A DNA stretch of 64,000 bases from Anaerolineales bacterium (lineage in GTDB: Bacteria > Chloroflexota > Anaerolineae > Anaerolineales > UBA11579). This document shows positions 17,977 through 26,487 of the stretch, piece after piece (the stretch's first letter is position 1; each line of letters starts with the position of its first letter). The notes beneath the pieces were generated by a model that was not told where the DNA came from, did no database searches, and saw only the letters and a program-made list of their open reading frames with translations. The position numbers were made by a program, and so were the translations under genes. The stretch covers positions 646,174 to 710,173 of the forward strand of contig JAJTXV010000001.1 of NCBI GenBank assembly GCA_021463845.1. The letters run 5' to 3'.

Positions 17977-18888
17977 TTGATGGAACCCCGCCCAAATCTA
18001 ACTCGCTATGCCTGGCTCTCGATCGGCGCGGCCATCGTCACCATCGGGCTCAAGGCCGCGGCATACTGGGTGACCGGCTCGGTAGGCTTGCTGTCAGACG
18101 CACTCGAATCGCTGGTGAACCTGGCCGGCGCGGTGATGGCGCTGGGCATGCTGACCCTGGCCGCGGCCCCACCCGACGAAGAACACGCCTACGGCCACAC
18201 CAAGGCGGAATATTTCTCCAGCGTGATCGAAGGCGTGCTGATCCTGCTGGCGGCGGGCAGCATTGGGTACACGGCCATCAAGGGTCTGATCGACCCGAAA
18301 CCTATCGAAGCCATCGGCCTGGGTCTGGCGGTCTCGGTGCTGGCATCCGCCATCAACCTGGGCGTGGCGCAGGTGCTGCGGCGGGCCGCCCGCCGGCACA
18401 ACTCGGCCAGCCTGGAAGCCAATGCCCAGCACCTAATGACAGATGTGTGGACCTCGGCGGGCGTGCTGGCGGCAGTGGGCCTGGTGGCGCTGAGCGGCTG
18501 GCAGGTGCTCGACCCGATCGTGGCGCTGGTAGTGGCGGCCAACATCACCTATAGCGGCATCAAGATCGTGCGCACATCGGCAGCCGGCCTGCTGGACGCC
18601 GCCCTGCCGCCCGAGCAGCTGGCGGCGGTGCGGGCCGCGATCGAGAGCAGCCTGCCCGAGGGCGCCCAGTACCATGCGCTGCGCACGCGCCAGAGCGGAG
18701 CGCGCAGCTTCGTTTCGCTGCATGTGCTGGTGCCGGGCGGCTGGACCGTGGTACGCGGCCACCGCCTGCTGGAGCGGGTGGAGGCCGCGGTGCGGGCGGC
18801 GCTGAGCGGCGACGTCACCGTGTTCACGCACCTGGAGTCGATTGGCGATGTGGCCAGCTACGAGGACGAGGGGCTGGATAGAGATTAG
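17977..18888 (+). CDS. Cation diffusion facilitator (CDF) family metal transporter
   Basis: 303 aa. Six predicted TM segments with [18 protein letters not shown] and HLMTDVW motifs, plus a C-terminal cytoplasmic domain. Confidence 0.88.
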   Translation: MMEPRPNLTRYAWLSIGAAIVTIGLKAAAYWVTGSVGLLSDALESLVNLAGAVMALGMLTLAAAPPDEEHAYGHTKAEYFSSVIEGVLILLAAGSIGYTAIKGLIDPKPIEAIGLGLAVSVLASAINLGVAQVLRRAARRHNSASLEANAQHLMTDVWTSAGVLAAVGLVALSGWQVLDPIVALVVAANITYSGIKIVRTSAAGLLDAALPPEQLAAVRAAIESSLPEGAQYHALRTRQSGARSFVSLHVLVPGGWTVVRGHRLLERVEAAVRAALSGDVTVFTHLESIGDVASYEDEGLDRD

Positions 18889-19985
18889 TCAGACTTAATG
18901 CAGGAATTTGATTGCAGAATAGTTCCAAGGCTTCTATTCTCCCAAGTAAAGGGAAGCCAATTCAAGGAGTAATCATCTCCTCTTGGACACAACCGCACAA
19001 CTCCACCAGCTTCTTCTAGGATGTAGGGAAACCCATCTGTCTCATTAACTTCAATAAAATCTACTGAGGACCGAATTTGAAACTCGCCACCATATGAAGA
19101 AATGACCGCATCGATTCTCTCAGATGAACCCTCATACAAAATCACAGCATCAGCAAATGAAACACTTTGCTCGGTTTCTATCTCTTTATAGCAGACAAGC
19201 CCAACTCCTTCTTGTCCCAAATTAGTGTCTGGCTCTGCAACCGTCAATATAATTGTGTTTTTAGCAAGCTCACCGTGATAAGTAGAATTTCCATTTTCTA
19301 AATAGCTTGGAGCCATAATAATTGCAGTTGCACCTGCCGGAATTACAGTAGTGTCATAAATCACATCCGCATCCGTAATCGTAAAGGCAGAGCGCTCATC
19401 CCAGCTTATCAATTGCTGCCCACCAGATGTCTCTCGGCTAGCAACAATCCAAGTCTTCGATAAATCAAAATCAGAATCTCCGTAATTAAATAGCTCTATG
19501 TACTCATTTTGCATAGCATCCTGAGGATTAGAAGAAGGTGACCGTGGGTTGCACATTACCTCGACAATAGCAATTGCTGACGATGAATTCATGCTGCCGC
19601 CCGTGGCCTCACCAGTCTCTTGAACAGTCACGGATTGACCTTCTGAGATCGACTGATCGCTAATCAGACAGTTTCTCGTCTCATAGCTGCTTAACAAGAA
19701 TTGAAACATATAGAAAACACAAAAGACCAACAAAAATATAGGGAAGATCATGGATTGAAGCCGGCTACTGATATGACCCTGTTTTATAATTGCCAGTATT
19801 AGCAACACAACAATAAATATAAGCACCGCAGCAAGTGCTTTAGCATGTACTTCATATTTTTGATAGGCATGAACACAGCCGACTGTTAAGAAGACAGAGC
19901 ATATAATAGATATCGGGGAAGCTACAACAATTCCCAGATTCTTGCCCATCGATTGCCACAAGTCAGCAAGAATTAGTTTGACCAT
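18885..19985 (-). CDS. Membrane-anchored lamin-tail-domain (LTD) protein encoded on an AT-rich island
   Basis: N-terminal hydrophobic helices are followed by [10 protein letters not shown]....[20 protein letters not shown], which matches the LTD pattern (I.E....P......E.IEL.N.G....DLS.W). The start is uncertain (19985, 19949 or 20039). The gene is strongly AT-rich relative to its flanks. Confidence 0.7.
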   Translation of the reverse strand: MVKLILADLWQSMGKNLGIVVASPISIICSVFLTVGCVHAYQKYEVHAKALAAVLIFIVVLLILAIIKQGHISSRLQSMIFPIFLLVFCVFYMFQFLLSSYETRNCLISDQSISEGQSVTVQETGEATGGSMNSSSAIAIVEVMCNPRSPSSNPQDAMQNEYIELFNYGDSDFDLSKTWIVASRETSGGQQLISWDERSAFTITDADVIYDTTVIPAGATAIIMAPSYLENGNSTYHGELAKNTIILTVAEPDTNLGQEGVGLVCYKEIETEQSVSFADAVILYEGSSERIDAVISSYGGEFQIRSSVDFIEVNETDGFPYILEEAGGVVRLCPRGDDYSLNWLPFTWENRSLGTILQSNSCIKSD

Positions 19986-20097
19986 CCAGGCAAGTATAAA
20001 ACCAACTTGACACCCCACCCCAGCCCTTGTATAATCCAACCTGCCTGCCTAACCGCAGGCGGTTTTGTGAATTGACTATATAGAGAGAACAGCTGAA

Positions 20098-20283
20098 ATG
20101 ACACCGCTTCCGAAACGCAAGCATTCCAAGGGCCGCCGCGACCGCCGCCGCGCCCATGACGCGCTGCAGGCCCGCAACACGGTCACCTGCTCCAACTGCG
20201 GCCAGATGCGCCTGCCCCACCAGGTCTGCGCTAACTGCGGCTACTACAAGGGCCGCGAGGTCGTAAAGGTCGAGCGCGAGTAA
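20098..20283 (+). CDS. rpmF: 50S ribosomal protein L32
   Basis: 61 aa. PKRKHSKGRRDRRRAH followed by C..C...C..C (CSNCGQ...CANCG). Confidence 0.93.
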   Translation: MTPLPKRKHSKGRRDRRRAHDALQARNTVTCSNCGQMRLPHQVCANCGYYKGREVVKVERE

Positions 20284-20297
20284 GCTCGTTTGCACAT

Positions 20298-20335
20298 AAA
20301 AAAAAAAGACCCGCCTTTTGGCGGGTCTTTTTTTG
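20298..20335. terminator. Bidirectional rho-independent terminator
   Basis: AAAAAAAAAAGACCCGCC-TTTT-GGCGGGTCTTTTTTTG. Confidence 0.9.
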
Positions 20336-20350
20336 TTTTGCGGGAAATTC

Positions 20351-20437
20351 ACCACAGATAAACACGGATGCAAAGAGATAGACGCAGATAACTTCACATC
20401 TGTGTAAATCCGCCTTTATCAGTGTTCATCTGTGGAT
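20351..20437. repeat. CAGATAAAC / GTTTATCTG palindromic repeat family, copy 1
   Basis: ACCACAGATAAACACGGATG...GACGCAGATAAC...ATCTGTGTAAATCCGCC...GTTCATCTGTGG. Related copies lie at 21896, 33901 and 54019. Confidence 0.8.
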
Positions 20438-20440
20438 AGC

Positions 20441-20875
20441 CTATTTAGAGTCCAAATAGGCTTTTAGCTTCTGCAGGTGGTCGCCGTCTTCCTTCTTCAT
20501 GATGCCGGCCACCATGGGCAGCATCATCTTACGCAGGCCGCTGGCTTCCAGCTCGCAGACCCAACGCACCTGCGTGCCACCGGCTTCGGGCGACAGGTGG
20601 TAGTGGTACTCCACCTTGATGCCCTCGACCTCGGTGCTGATGCCGAGATGGGTATGCGGTTCGTAGGCGGTCACCAGCAGATCCGTGCTGGCTTCCTTGC
20701 CGCCCATGATACGGGTCTCGCGGAAGGTGGTGCCAACACCGATCGGGCCAGCGCTGGTCTTCTTGCTCTCCTTGATGTTGTCAAGGAACTTGCTGGCATT
20801 GGTTAGATCAGCGAGGGTGTCAAAGACCTGCTTGGGCGGCTTGGCAATATGCTCGTTGAATTCAAATCCGTTCAT
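20441..20875 (-). CDS. SRPBCC (START/Bet v1-like) family protein
   Basis: 144 aa. The length and pattern (I.A....VF..L.D......F...........G..GVGT.F.E...) are typical of polyketide-cyclase/AHSA1-like SRPBCC proteins. It is coupled to the upstream AraC gene by a 4-nt overlap. Confidence 0.65.
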   Translation of the reverse strand: MNGFEFNEHIAKPPKQVFDTLADLTNASKFLDNIKESKKTSAGPIGVGTTFRETRIMGGKEASTDLLVTAYEPHTHLGISTEVEGIKVEYHYHLSPEAGGTQVRWVCELEASGLRKMMLPMVAGIMKKEDGDHLQKLKAYLDSK

Positions 20876-21831
20876 TTCTTCCTCGTGATTTTACGTTTGA
20901 TGGGTTCGAGCGGAACATACGCGTCCGTGTGCAGCCGCTCCAAGTTTCCGTTGATACGCTCGCAGGTGTAGACCTCAAAAGGCGGTGCGGCGCGCAGGCA
21001 GAAATCGCTGCCGGGCAGCCAATCAACCCCAATGTGAGCAAAGGTCTTGGCGATCTCTTCCATGCCGCCCAAATGGCGGCGGGCTACACACAAACCCGGC
21101 TGCAGCTGCCGGTAGCCGACGGGATAGCTGGCCGCGACCGGCCGGCTGACGGGCAGGCAGGCGTCAAAGCGGATGTTGGCTTCGCTGGTCACGTAGGGAT
21201 CGTCGTGGGTGATGCCGATCAGGGTTTCGTGCGAATACTCAAGACCCTGGCGGTTGGCAAACTCGAACAGCGGCGTCCAGAGATCAAAGAAGGCTTGCGA
21301 GCCGGCGAGCAGGTTCTCGTAACCCTTGTAGCGAATGAAGAGCAGATGCTGGCCGGGCACGTTCTCCACATGCACCGGCTCCTTTTGCATATCAAAGCGC
21401 AGGGTCAGCGGAGTCTCGGGAGTAAAGCCTTGGTTGACATGCTGGCCGAATATTTCCTCGGCGCAGGCGCGGTACTCCTTGACCACATCACGGAACTGCG
21501 ACGGGTGGATATCGAACTGGCGCACGAAGGCCCGCGTGAAAGTTTCGTGGGTCTTGAAGCCAGCATCGAGGGCGATCTGCAGCACATTGTCCGGGCTGAC
21601 CTTGAGGCGATAGACGGCCCGCTCCATACGCAGGCGGCGTAAGTACTCCTTGGGCGCCTCGCCGGTGATGTGCTGGAAGATGCGGTGAAAGTGGTGCGGC
21701 GAGAACCCGGCCAGCGCGGCCAGGTGGTTGAGCGACAGCGGCTCGTCCAGGTGCTCTTCGATGTACACCAGCACGGGCAGCAGACTCTGCTTGTACTTGC
21801 TGGCTGTGGCGGAGCGGAGCGGGGCTAACAC
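20872..21831 (-). CDS. AraC family transcriptional regulator with GyrI-like effector-binding domain
   Basis: 319 aa. The N-terminal double HTH reads LNHLAALAGFSPHHFHRIFQHITGEAPKEYLRRLRMERA. The C-terminal ~160 aa resemble a GyrI/SbmC-like domain. Confidence 0.85.
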   Translation of the reverse strand: MLAPLRSATASKYKQSLLPVLVYIEEHLDEPLSLNHLAALAGFSPHHFHRIFQHITGEAPKEYLRRLRMERAVYRLKVSPDNVLQIALDAGFKTHETFTRAFVRQFDIHPSQFRDVVKEYRACAEEIFGQHVNQGFTPETPLTLRFDMQKEPVHVENVPGQHLLFIRYKGYENLLAGSQAFFDLWTPLFEFANRQGLEYSHETLIGITHDDPYVTSEANIRFDACLPVSRPVAASYPVGYRQLQPGLCVARRHLGGMEEIAKTFAHIGVDWLPGSDFCLRAAPPFEVYTCERINGNLERLHTDAYVPLEPIKRKITRKK

Positions 21832-21895
21832 GCTGTCACTATAGCATTCTGGAAGTGGCGATACTCGACATTTTTTGCGAATTCAAGACAATCAG

Positions 21896-21980
21896 CCGCA
21901 GATGTGCGTGGCTTCGCCACGCCGCAGATAGATACAGATGAAAATCATGTATCTGTGTTCATCTGCGTCTATCTGCGGCA
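21896..21980. repeat. CAGATAAAC / GTTTATCTG palindromic repeat family, copy 2
   Basis: GCCGCAGATG...GCCGCAGATAGATACAGATGAAAATCATGTATCTGTGTTCATCTGCGTCTATCTGCGGC. It generates the false N-terminal extension of the fabD ORF in the track. Confidence 0.8.
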
Positions 21981-22002
21981 ATTTGTAGTCTACAATTCAC
22001 GC

Positions 22003-22950
22003 ATGACTTTAGACCCCAAGACCACCGCCTTCCTCTTCCCCGGCCAGGGCTCACAAAAAGTGGGCATGGGCAAGGAGCTTGCCGCCGCCCATCCCGAAGC
22101 CAGGCAGGTGTTCGAAGAGGCCGACGCCACGCTGGACATCGGCCTCTCCACGCTGGCCTGGGATGGCCCCGAGGCTGAACTCAACGATACGGTGAACACG
22201 CAGCCGGCCCTGCTGGTGCATTCGGTGGCGGCGCTACGCGCGCTGCAGAAGCTGCAGCCCGGCTTCACGCCTGCCTATGTGGCCGGCCACAGCCTGGGCG
22301 AGCTGAGCGCGGCCGTGGCGGCCGGCGCCATGGACTACCCCTCTGCGCTGCGCCTGGTGCGTCGTCGCGGCGAGCTGATGAAAGAGGCCGGCGCCCAGCA
22401 GCCGGGCGGCATGGCCGCCATCCTGGGCCTGGACATCCCGGCGCTGGATGCGATCTGCGCAGAGGCCAGCACCGACGGCGAAGTGGTGCAAGTGGCCAAC
22501 GACAACTGTCCCGGCCAGGTGGTGATCAGCGGACATGCCGGCGCGGTGACCCGCGCGATGGAGGCTGCCAAGGCGGCCGGCGCCAAGCGGGCATTGCCGC
22601 TACCGGTCAGCATCGCGGCCCACTCGGCGCTGATGAGTACCGCACAGGCGGGCTTCAATGATGCCGTGGCGGCGGCCAACATCGTAGACCCCACCACCCC
22701 GCTGATCGGCAATGTGAGCGCCGCCCCGCTGGCGGACGCAGCCGCCCTGCGGGCAGACCTGCAAGCCCAGCTGACCAGCCGCGTGCGCTGGACGGAGACG
22801 ATCCAAGCACTGCGGGCGGCAGGTGTCACGACGTTCATCGAATTGGGCACGGGCAACGTGCTCGCCGGGTTGCTCAAGCGCATCGATGCCGAAGCAGTCG
22901 GCATGGCGCTCGGCAACCCCGAAGATTTCGAGAAACTGCAAGCCAGCTAG
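22003..22950 (+). CDS. fabD: Malonyl-CoA:ACP transacylase
   Basis: Starts MTLDPKTTAFLFPGQGSQKVGMG. The active site is GHSLGE and there is a later AHS motif. The ORF-track start at 21904 reads through the repeat and is rejected. Confidence 0.93.
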   Translation: MTLDPKTTAFLFPGQGSQKVGMGKELAAAHPEARQVFEEADATLDIGLSTLAWDGPEAELNDTVNTQPALLVHSVAALRALQKLQPGFTPAYVAGHSLGELSAAVAAGAMDYPSALRLVRRRGELMKEAGAQQPGGMAAILGLDIPALDAICAEASTDGEVVQVANDNCPGQVVISGHAGAVTRAMEAAKAAGAKRALPLPVSIAAHSALMSTAQAGFNDAVAAANIVDPTTPLIGNVSAAPLADAAALRADLQAQLTSRVRWTETIQALRAAGVTTFIELGTGNVLAGLLKRIDAEAVGMALGNPEDFEKLQAS

Positions 22951-22955
22951 AAGCA

Positions 22956-22988
22956 ATAATAGGCGGGTCATAGACCCGCCTATTATTT
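22956..22988 (+). terminator. Terminator-like hairpin after fabD
   Basis: AATAATAGGCGGGTC-ATA-GACCCGCCTATTATT followed by TT. Confidence 0.7.
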
Positions 22989-22995
22989 CGGTGGT

Positions 22996-23447
22996 GTCAT
23001 TGCGATCGCAGCGAAGCAATCTGCTTCTTATAGAAATTCTTTGGGGATTGCATCTTCCGTCTGGAGCTTGCATTACATGCAAGCTCCAGTATTCCTCGCA
23101 ATGACGGTGACTCTATGGAGCGAAGCATGCCCGTATTTCGTGCATCCCGAGCGTAGCGAGGGATCCTCGCTGGCATATAGATGAAACATGCCTTGCGTGG
23201 AAATGTGCCAGCAAGGATCCTTCGCTGGCCTGAGTTCGGCGGTCTGATGGGGATGTAGAAACCCGCTCAGGATGACACGGGTGTTGTGGGCGAAGCATGC
23301 ATCACCCTCTCGGCTGGCAGAGGCTTGTCATTCCGAGCGTAGCGAGGAATCCGTACTCAGATAATTTGTGCGGCAACATATATGCTGCAATTCAAATTTG
23401 CGTTTAGCGGATTCCTCCTCGCGGCTACGCCGCTCGTTCGGAATGAC
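22996..23447. repeat. Cluster of at least four GTCATTSCGA / TCGSAATGAC-type palindromic elements
   Basis: GTCATTGCGATCGCAGCGAAGCAATC (22996); GATTGC..hairpin(GGAGCTTGCAT..ATGCAAGCTCC)..CTCGCAATGAC (23046-23106); CATCCCGAGCGTAGCGAGGGATCC...GGATCCTTCGCTGG (about 23143-23250); GTCATTCCGAGCGTAGCGAGGAATCC...GGATTCCTCCTCGCGGCTACGCCGCTCGTTCGGAATGAC (23327-23447). Confidence 0.8.
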
Positions 23448-23466
23448 AAAGTAGCCCTTCACGCTT

Positions 23467-25107
23467 TCAAGGCGCAAAGTACTCTTCGTACAGGGCCTCG
23501 TTCACAAAAACCAGCCCAAACCCATCGCGATAGACCAGCTCATAGCCCACGATCTCGCCTGCATTAGCGTCGGCGTAGAAGAGGCGGCTGATCTCCAGAC
23601 GTTGCGGGTCGATACCCACCGCGTCCTCGTTCAAATAATCCCAAATGCGTGACTGGCTGAGGAAGAGGACCTGGAAAGCGTTTGAGCGGATGAAGTCATA
23701 GTCCAAGGTTTCGAAGCGAGCGCTGCGCGTCCAGCCGGCGTCTTGCGGGATATAGATGTTGACATCGGCGTAGATGTTGTAGGCGGCCGGCGGCAACGGG
23801 GCCAGCGCCGCGCTGGCATCCGCGTAGAAAGCCAGCGCGGGATGATTATCCTGCCGCGCCAGCTGGGTCTGATAGATAGCCAGGGTATGCGGCAGCATGC
23901 TGGCGGCCGCATAGACCCACACCGCCAACACGGCTGCGGCCAGCAGCGCCCAATTGCGTTGCTTATCCCACCACTCGACCGCCTGCACGCGGCTGTACGG
24001 CAGCGCAACGACGAGGCAAGAGAGCAGCGGCAGCGCCGCCGGCAGCCAGTACTGAAACTTGACAATAGAAAATCCAAACACGTATACGGCCAGGGGCAAA
24101 GCCCAGGCCAGGATAAGGCGGTACAGCAGCGGCTGCGGGCGGCGCAGGGCGGCGTAGGCAGCGGCCAGCGTGCTGGCGGCCAGCAGCAGCCAGCCGCCAA
24201 AGTTGTCGTTGAGCATACGCGTCACTTCCGGCAGGCCGCGCGCATACTGCAGCTCAAAGCCCTGCGCCATCAGGCCGGACTGGGCGCCAAGTGTATTGAA
24301 GTAGGTACTGCGCGCCCCGGCGTAAAGCAAAATAGGATTGCTGGCGAAGAAGGCCGACACCATGACAGCCACGAAACCGGCCGCGGCCAGCAGCAGCTGG
24401 CGCAGCCCGCGGCCATCCCGGTATCCATGCCACAGATACACGAGCACGGCCAGGAAGAAGTACACGCCGATCAGCTTGGTCTGGGCGCTCAGGCCGCAGG
24501 CGGCAGCTGCCACATAGAAGTTGCGCCCGAAACGCAAGTCATCCCGCATCAGGAAGAACAGGGTTAGCACGGCGAACAAGATCGCCAGGCTGTCCGGATG
24601 CCACCAGAAGTTGTTGTACATGACACCGGGTAGTAGAGCGAGGAACGCGAACAGCACCACGGCGCGGTAGTCATTGAAGCGCGTGTGCAAATACACCAGC
24701 AGCCAGATAGCGGCCAGCATGGGCAACACGCTGACAAAGTTGCGCAGCACGCCCATCACCAGCGGCAGGTTGCCCAGCTGGCCCAGCCACTTTAGCGGCA
24801 GCAGCAGCAGGGCTGAGTAAGCAAAGTGGGGAAAGCCGTAGAAGTAATATTCGTAAGCGAGGAAGTTGGCTACCGTGTGCTTAAGGCTCCCCTTCGCCTC
24901 CAACATGTCTTGCAAGTACGGAAACGGGATGGCCTCGTCGGCTTCGAAGGCCAGCACCATGCCGAGATCTTCGGAGGCGGTGGTGTTGGGCAGCCACAGC
25001 GCCGCGAACAGCGCCACGGAAAGCAGGGCCAACACGGCCGCGAAATAGAGTCGGTTGGGCTGCGCCATGCGCCGGAATGGTATCACCTTGACTATGCCCG
25101 AGGCCAT
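23467..25107 (-). CDS. Polytopic membrane protein, GT-C-fold glycosyltransferase-like (ArnT/PMT-like)
   Basis: About 547 aa from MASGIVKV (ATG 25107). It has more than 10 hydrophobic segments, an acidic first-loop motif (FEADEAIPF) and a soluble C-terminal domain. The longer ORF in the track runs across the tRNA-Asp gene and is rejected. Confidence 0.6.
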   Translation of the reverse strand: MASGIVKVIPFRRMAQPNRLYFAAVLALLSVALFAALWLPNTTASEDLGMVLAFEADEAIPFPYLQDMLEAKGSLKHTVANFLAYEYYFYGFPHFAYSALLLLPLKWLGQLGNLPLVMGVLRNFVSVLPMLAAIWLLVYLHTRFNDYRAVVLFAFLALLPGVMYNNFWWHPDSLAILFAVLTLFFLMRDDLRFGRNFYVAAAACGLSAQTKLIGVYFFLAVLVYLWHGYRDGRGLRQLLLAAAGFVAVMVSAFFASNPILLYAGARSTYFNTLGAQSGLMAQGFELQYARGLPEVTRMLNDNFGGWLLLAASTLAAAYAALRRPQPLLYRLILAWALPLAVYVFGFSIVKFQYWLPAALPLLSCLVVALPYSRVQAVEWWDKQRNWALLAAAVLAVWVYAAASMLPHTLAIYQTQLARQDNHPALAFYADASAALAPLPPAAYNIYADVNIYIPQDAGWTRSARFETLDYDFIRSNAFQVLFLSQSRIWDYLNEDAVGIDPQRLEISRLFYADANAGEIVGYELVYRDGFGLVFVNEALYEEYFAP

Positions 25108-25129
25108 GTGATAAACTCCTGCCGTTAAC

Positions 25130-25208
25130 GGTCTCGTGGTGTAGCCTGGTTCAACACGCTGCCCTGTCAAGGCAGAGACCGCGGGTTCAAATCCCGTCGA
25201 GACCGCCA
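25130..25208 (+). tRNA. tRNA-Asp (anticodon GTC), CCA encoded
   Basis: Manual cloverleaf: acceptor GGTCTCG/CGAGACC, D stem GTGT/ACAC, anticodon stem CTGCC/GGCAG with loop CTGTCAA, T arm GCGGG-TTCAAAT-CCCGT, discriminator G, then CCA. Confidence 0.9.
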
Positions 25209-25210
25209 GC

Positions 25211-25241
25211 AAAAAGCCGCTCTTCGGGAGCGGCTTTTTTG
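25211..25241 (+). terminator. Rho-independent terminator after tRNA-Asp
   Basis: AAAAAGCCGCTC-TTCGG-GAGCGGCTTTTTTG. Confidence 0.85.
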
Positions 25242-25284
25242 TTCCTGAGGGTGCGATGCTCGCCTTGTGTTTATAATCCGCCCC

Positions 25285-26487
25285 ATGCCCATCCCTTCCC
25301 CACTCTACAGCCGCACCGCTGCCTTGTGCACCACCCAAGAGTGGCGAGACTGGTCCGGCTACTTCTCCGCCATCACCTACGGCCCCAGCCACGAAGTGGA
25401 GTACTACGCTGTGCGCAACGCCGCCGGGCTGATGGATGCCTCTCCTCTATATAAATACGAGATCACCGGGCCGGACGCCGAACGCCTGCTCGACCGCATG
25501 GTGACCCGCAACGTGGCCAAGAGCCGGGTCGGCCAGGTGCTGTACACGCCCTGGTGCGACGAGGACGGCAAAGTCATCGACGACGGCACGCTGGCCCGCC
25601 TCGGCCCGCAGCACTTCCGCCTCACCGCGGCCGACCCCAGCCTGCGCTGGCTGCAGGACGTGGGCTATGGATTGGACGTGGAGCTGCGCGATGTCTCGAC
25701 CCAGCTGGCCGCATTGGCCCTGCAAGGGCCGAAAAGCTACGCCATTCTCCAATCTCTATTCTCCAATCCCAAATTGGCAACACTGCGCTACTACAACCTG
25801 CTTCAAACCGAATTCAACGATTCTCCGCTCACCATCACCCGCACTGGCTACACCGGCGACCTCGGCTATGAGCTCTGGATCACGCCTGAACAGGCGCCGG
25901 CGCTGTGGGACCGTATCATGGAGACTGGTGCAGGCTACGGCATCATGCCGTTGGGCCTGGCCGCGCTCGACATCTTGCGGGTGGAAGCCGGCCTGCTGCT
26001 GATCGAGGTGGACTACAGCAGCACGCTGCACGCACGCATCCCGGAGCAGCAGAGCAGCCCGTACGAGATCGGCCTCGGCTGGGCGGTGGACCTGGACAAG
26101 CCGGATTTTATTGGGAAGCAAGCCCTGCAGGCCGAGCATGCGGCTGGCACGCCGCGTAGCCTGGTGGGATTAGAAGTGGACTGGCACGACCTGGAGCGTC
26201 TGTTTGGCGAAGCCAAACTGCCGCCCCAGGTAGCAGGCCGAGCCAGCCGCACGGCGGTGCCGGTCTACGCCGACGGCGAGCATGTGGGCCAGGCCACCAG
26301 CATGGTGTTCTCGCCAATCCTAAAAAAGTACATCGCCCTGGCCACCGTGCGCAGCGAATATGCGGCGTCTGGCACCCCACTCGAATTCGAGATCACCGTT
26401 GAATATGTGCGCCAGCGGGCCAGCGCCACCGTGGGCAAAATGCCCTTCTACAACCCGCCGCAGAAACGAGCGCTGCCCAATGGCTAA
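25285..26487 (+). CDS. Aminomethyltransferase (GcvT) family, folate-binding protein
   Basis: About 400 aa. Y.AVRNAAGLMD.S.L.K.EI.GPDA..LL......N......G...YT..C.E.GK.IDD and TRTGYTGDLGYELW are GcvT-family signatures. The start ATG 25285 lies 7 nt after a TATAAT. Confidence 0.8.
   Translation: MPIPSPLYSRTAALCTTQEWRDWSGYFSAITYGPSHEVEYYAVRNAAGLMDASPLYKYEITGPDAERLLDRMVTRNVAKSRVGQVLYTPWCDEDGKVIDDGTLARLGPQHFRLTAADPSLRWLQDVGYGLDVELRDVSTQLAALALQGPKSYAILQSLFSNPKLATLRYYNLLQTEFNDSPLTITRTGYTGDLGYELWITPEQAPALWDRIMETGAGYGIMPLGLAALDILRVEAGLLLIEVDYSSTLHARIPEQQSSPYEIGLGWAVDLDKPDFIGKQALQAEHAAGTPRSLVGLEVDWHDLERLFGEAKLPPQVAGRASRTAVPVYADGEHVGQATSMVFSPILKKYIALATVRSEYAASGTPLEFEITVEYVRQRASATVGKMPFYNPPQKRALPNG

Noticed and set aside
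21904-22002. Upstream extension of fabD (MRGFATPQIDTDENHVSVFICVYLRQ...)
   Set aside because: It is encoded by the CAGATAAAC-family repeat. FabD homology begins at MTLDPKTTAFLFPGQGSQ (ATG 22003).
22996-23447. Possible CRISPR array (also considered for 62488-62856 and 694-966)
   Set aside because: The repeats are themselves long palindromes of differing sequence and length with irregular spacing. There are no unique spacers of constant size and no cas genes in the window.
25108-25392. N-terminal 95 codons of ORF 23467-25392
   Set aside because: This part of the ORF runs antisense across the tRNA-Asp gene and its terminator; the STGFEPAVSALTGQRV translation is a tRNA artefact. A proper ATG at 25107 starts the hydrophobic protein.
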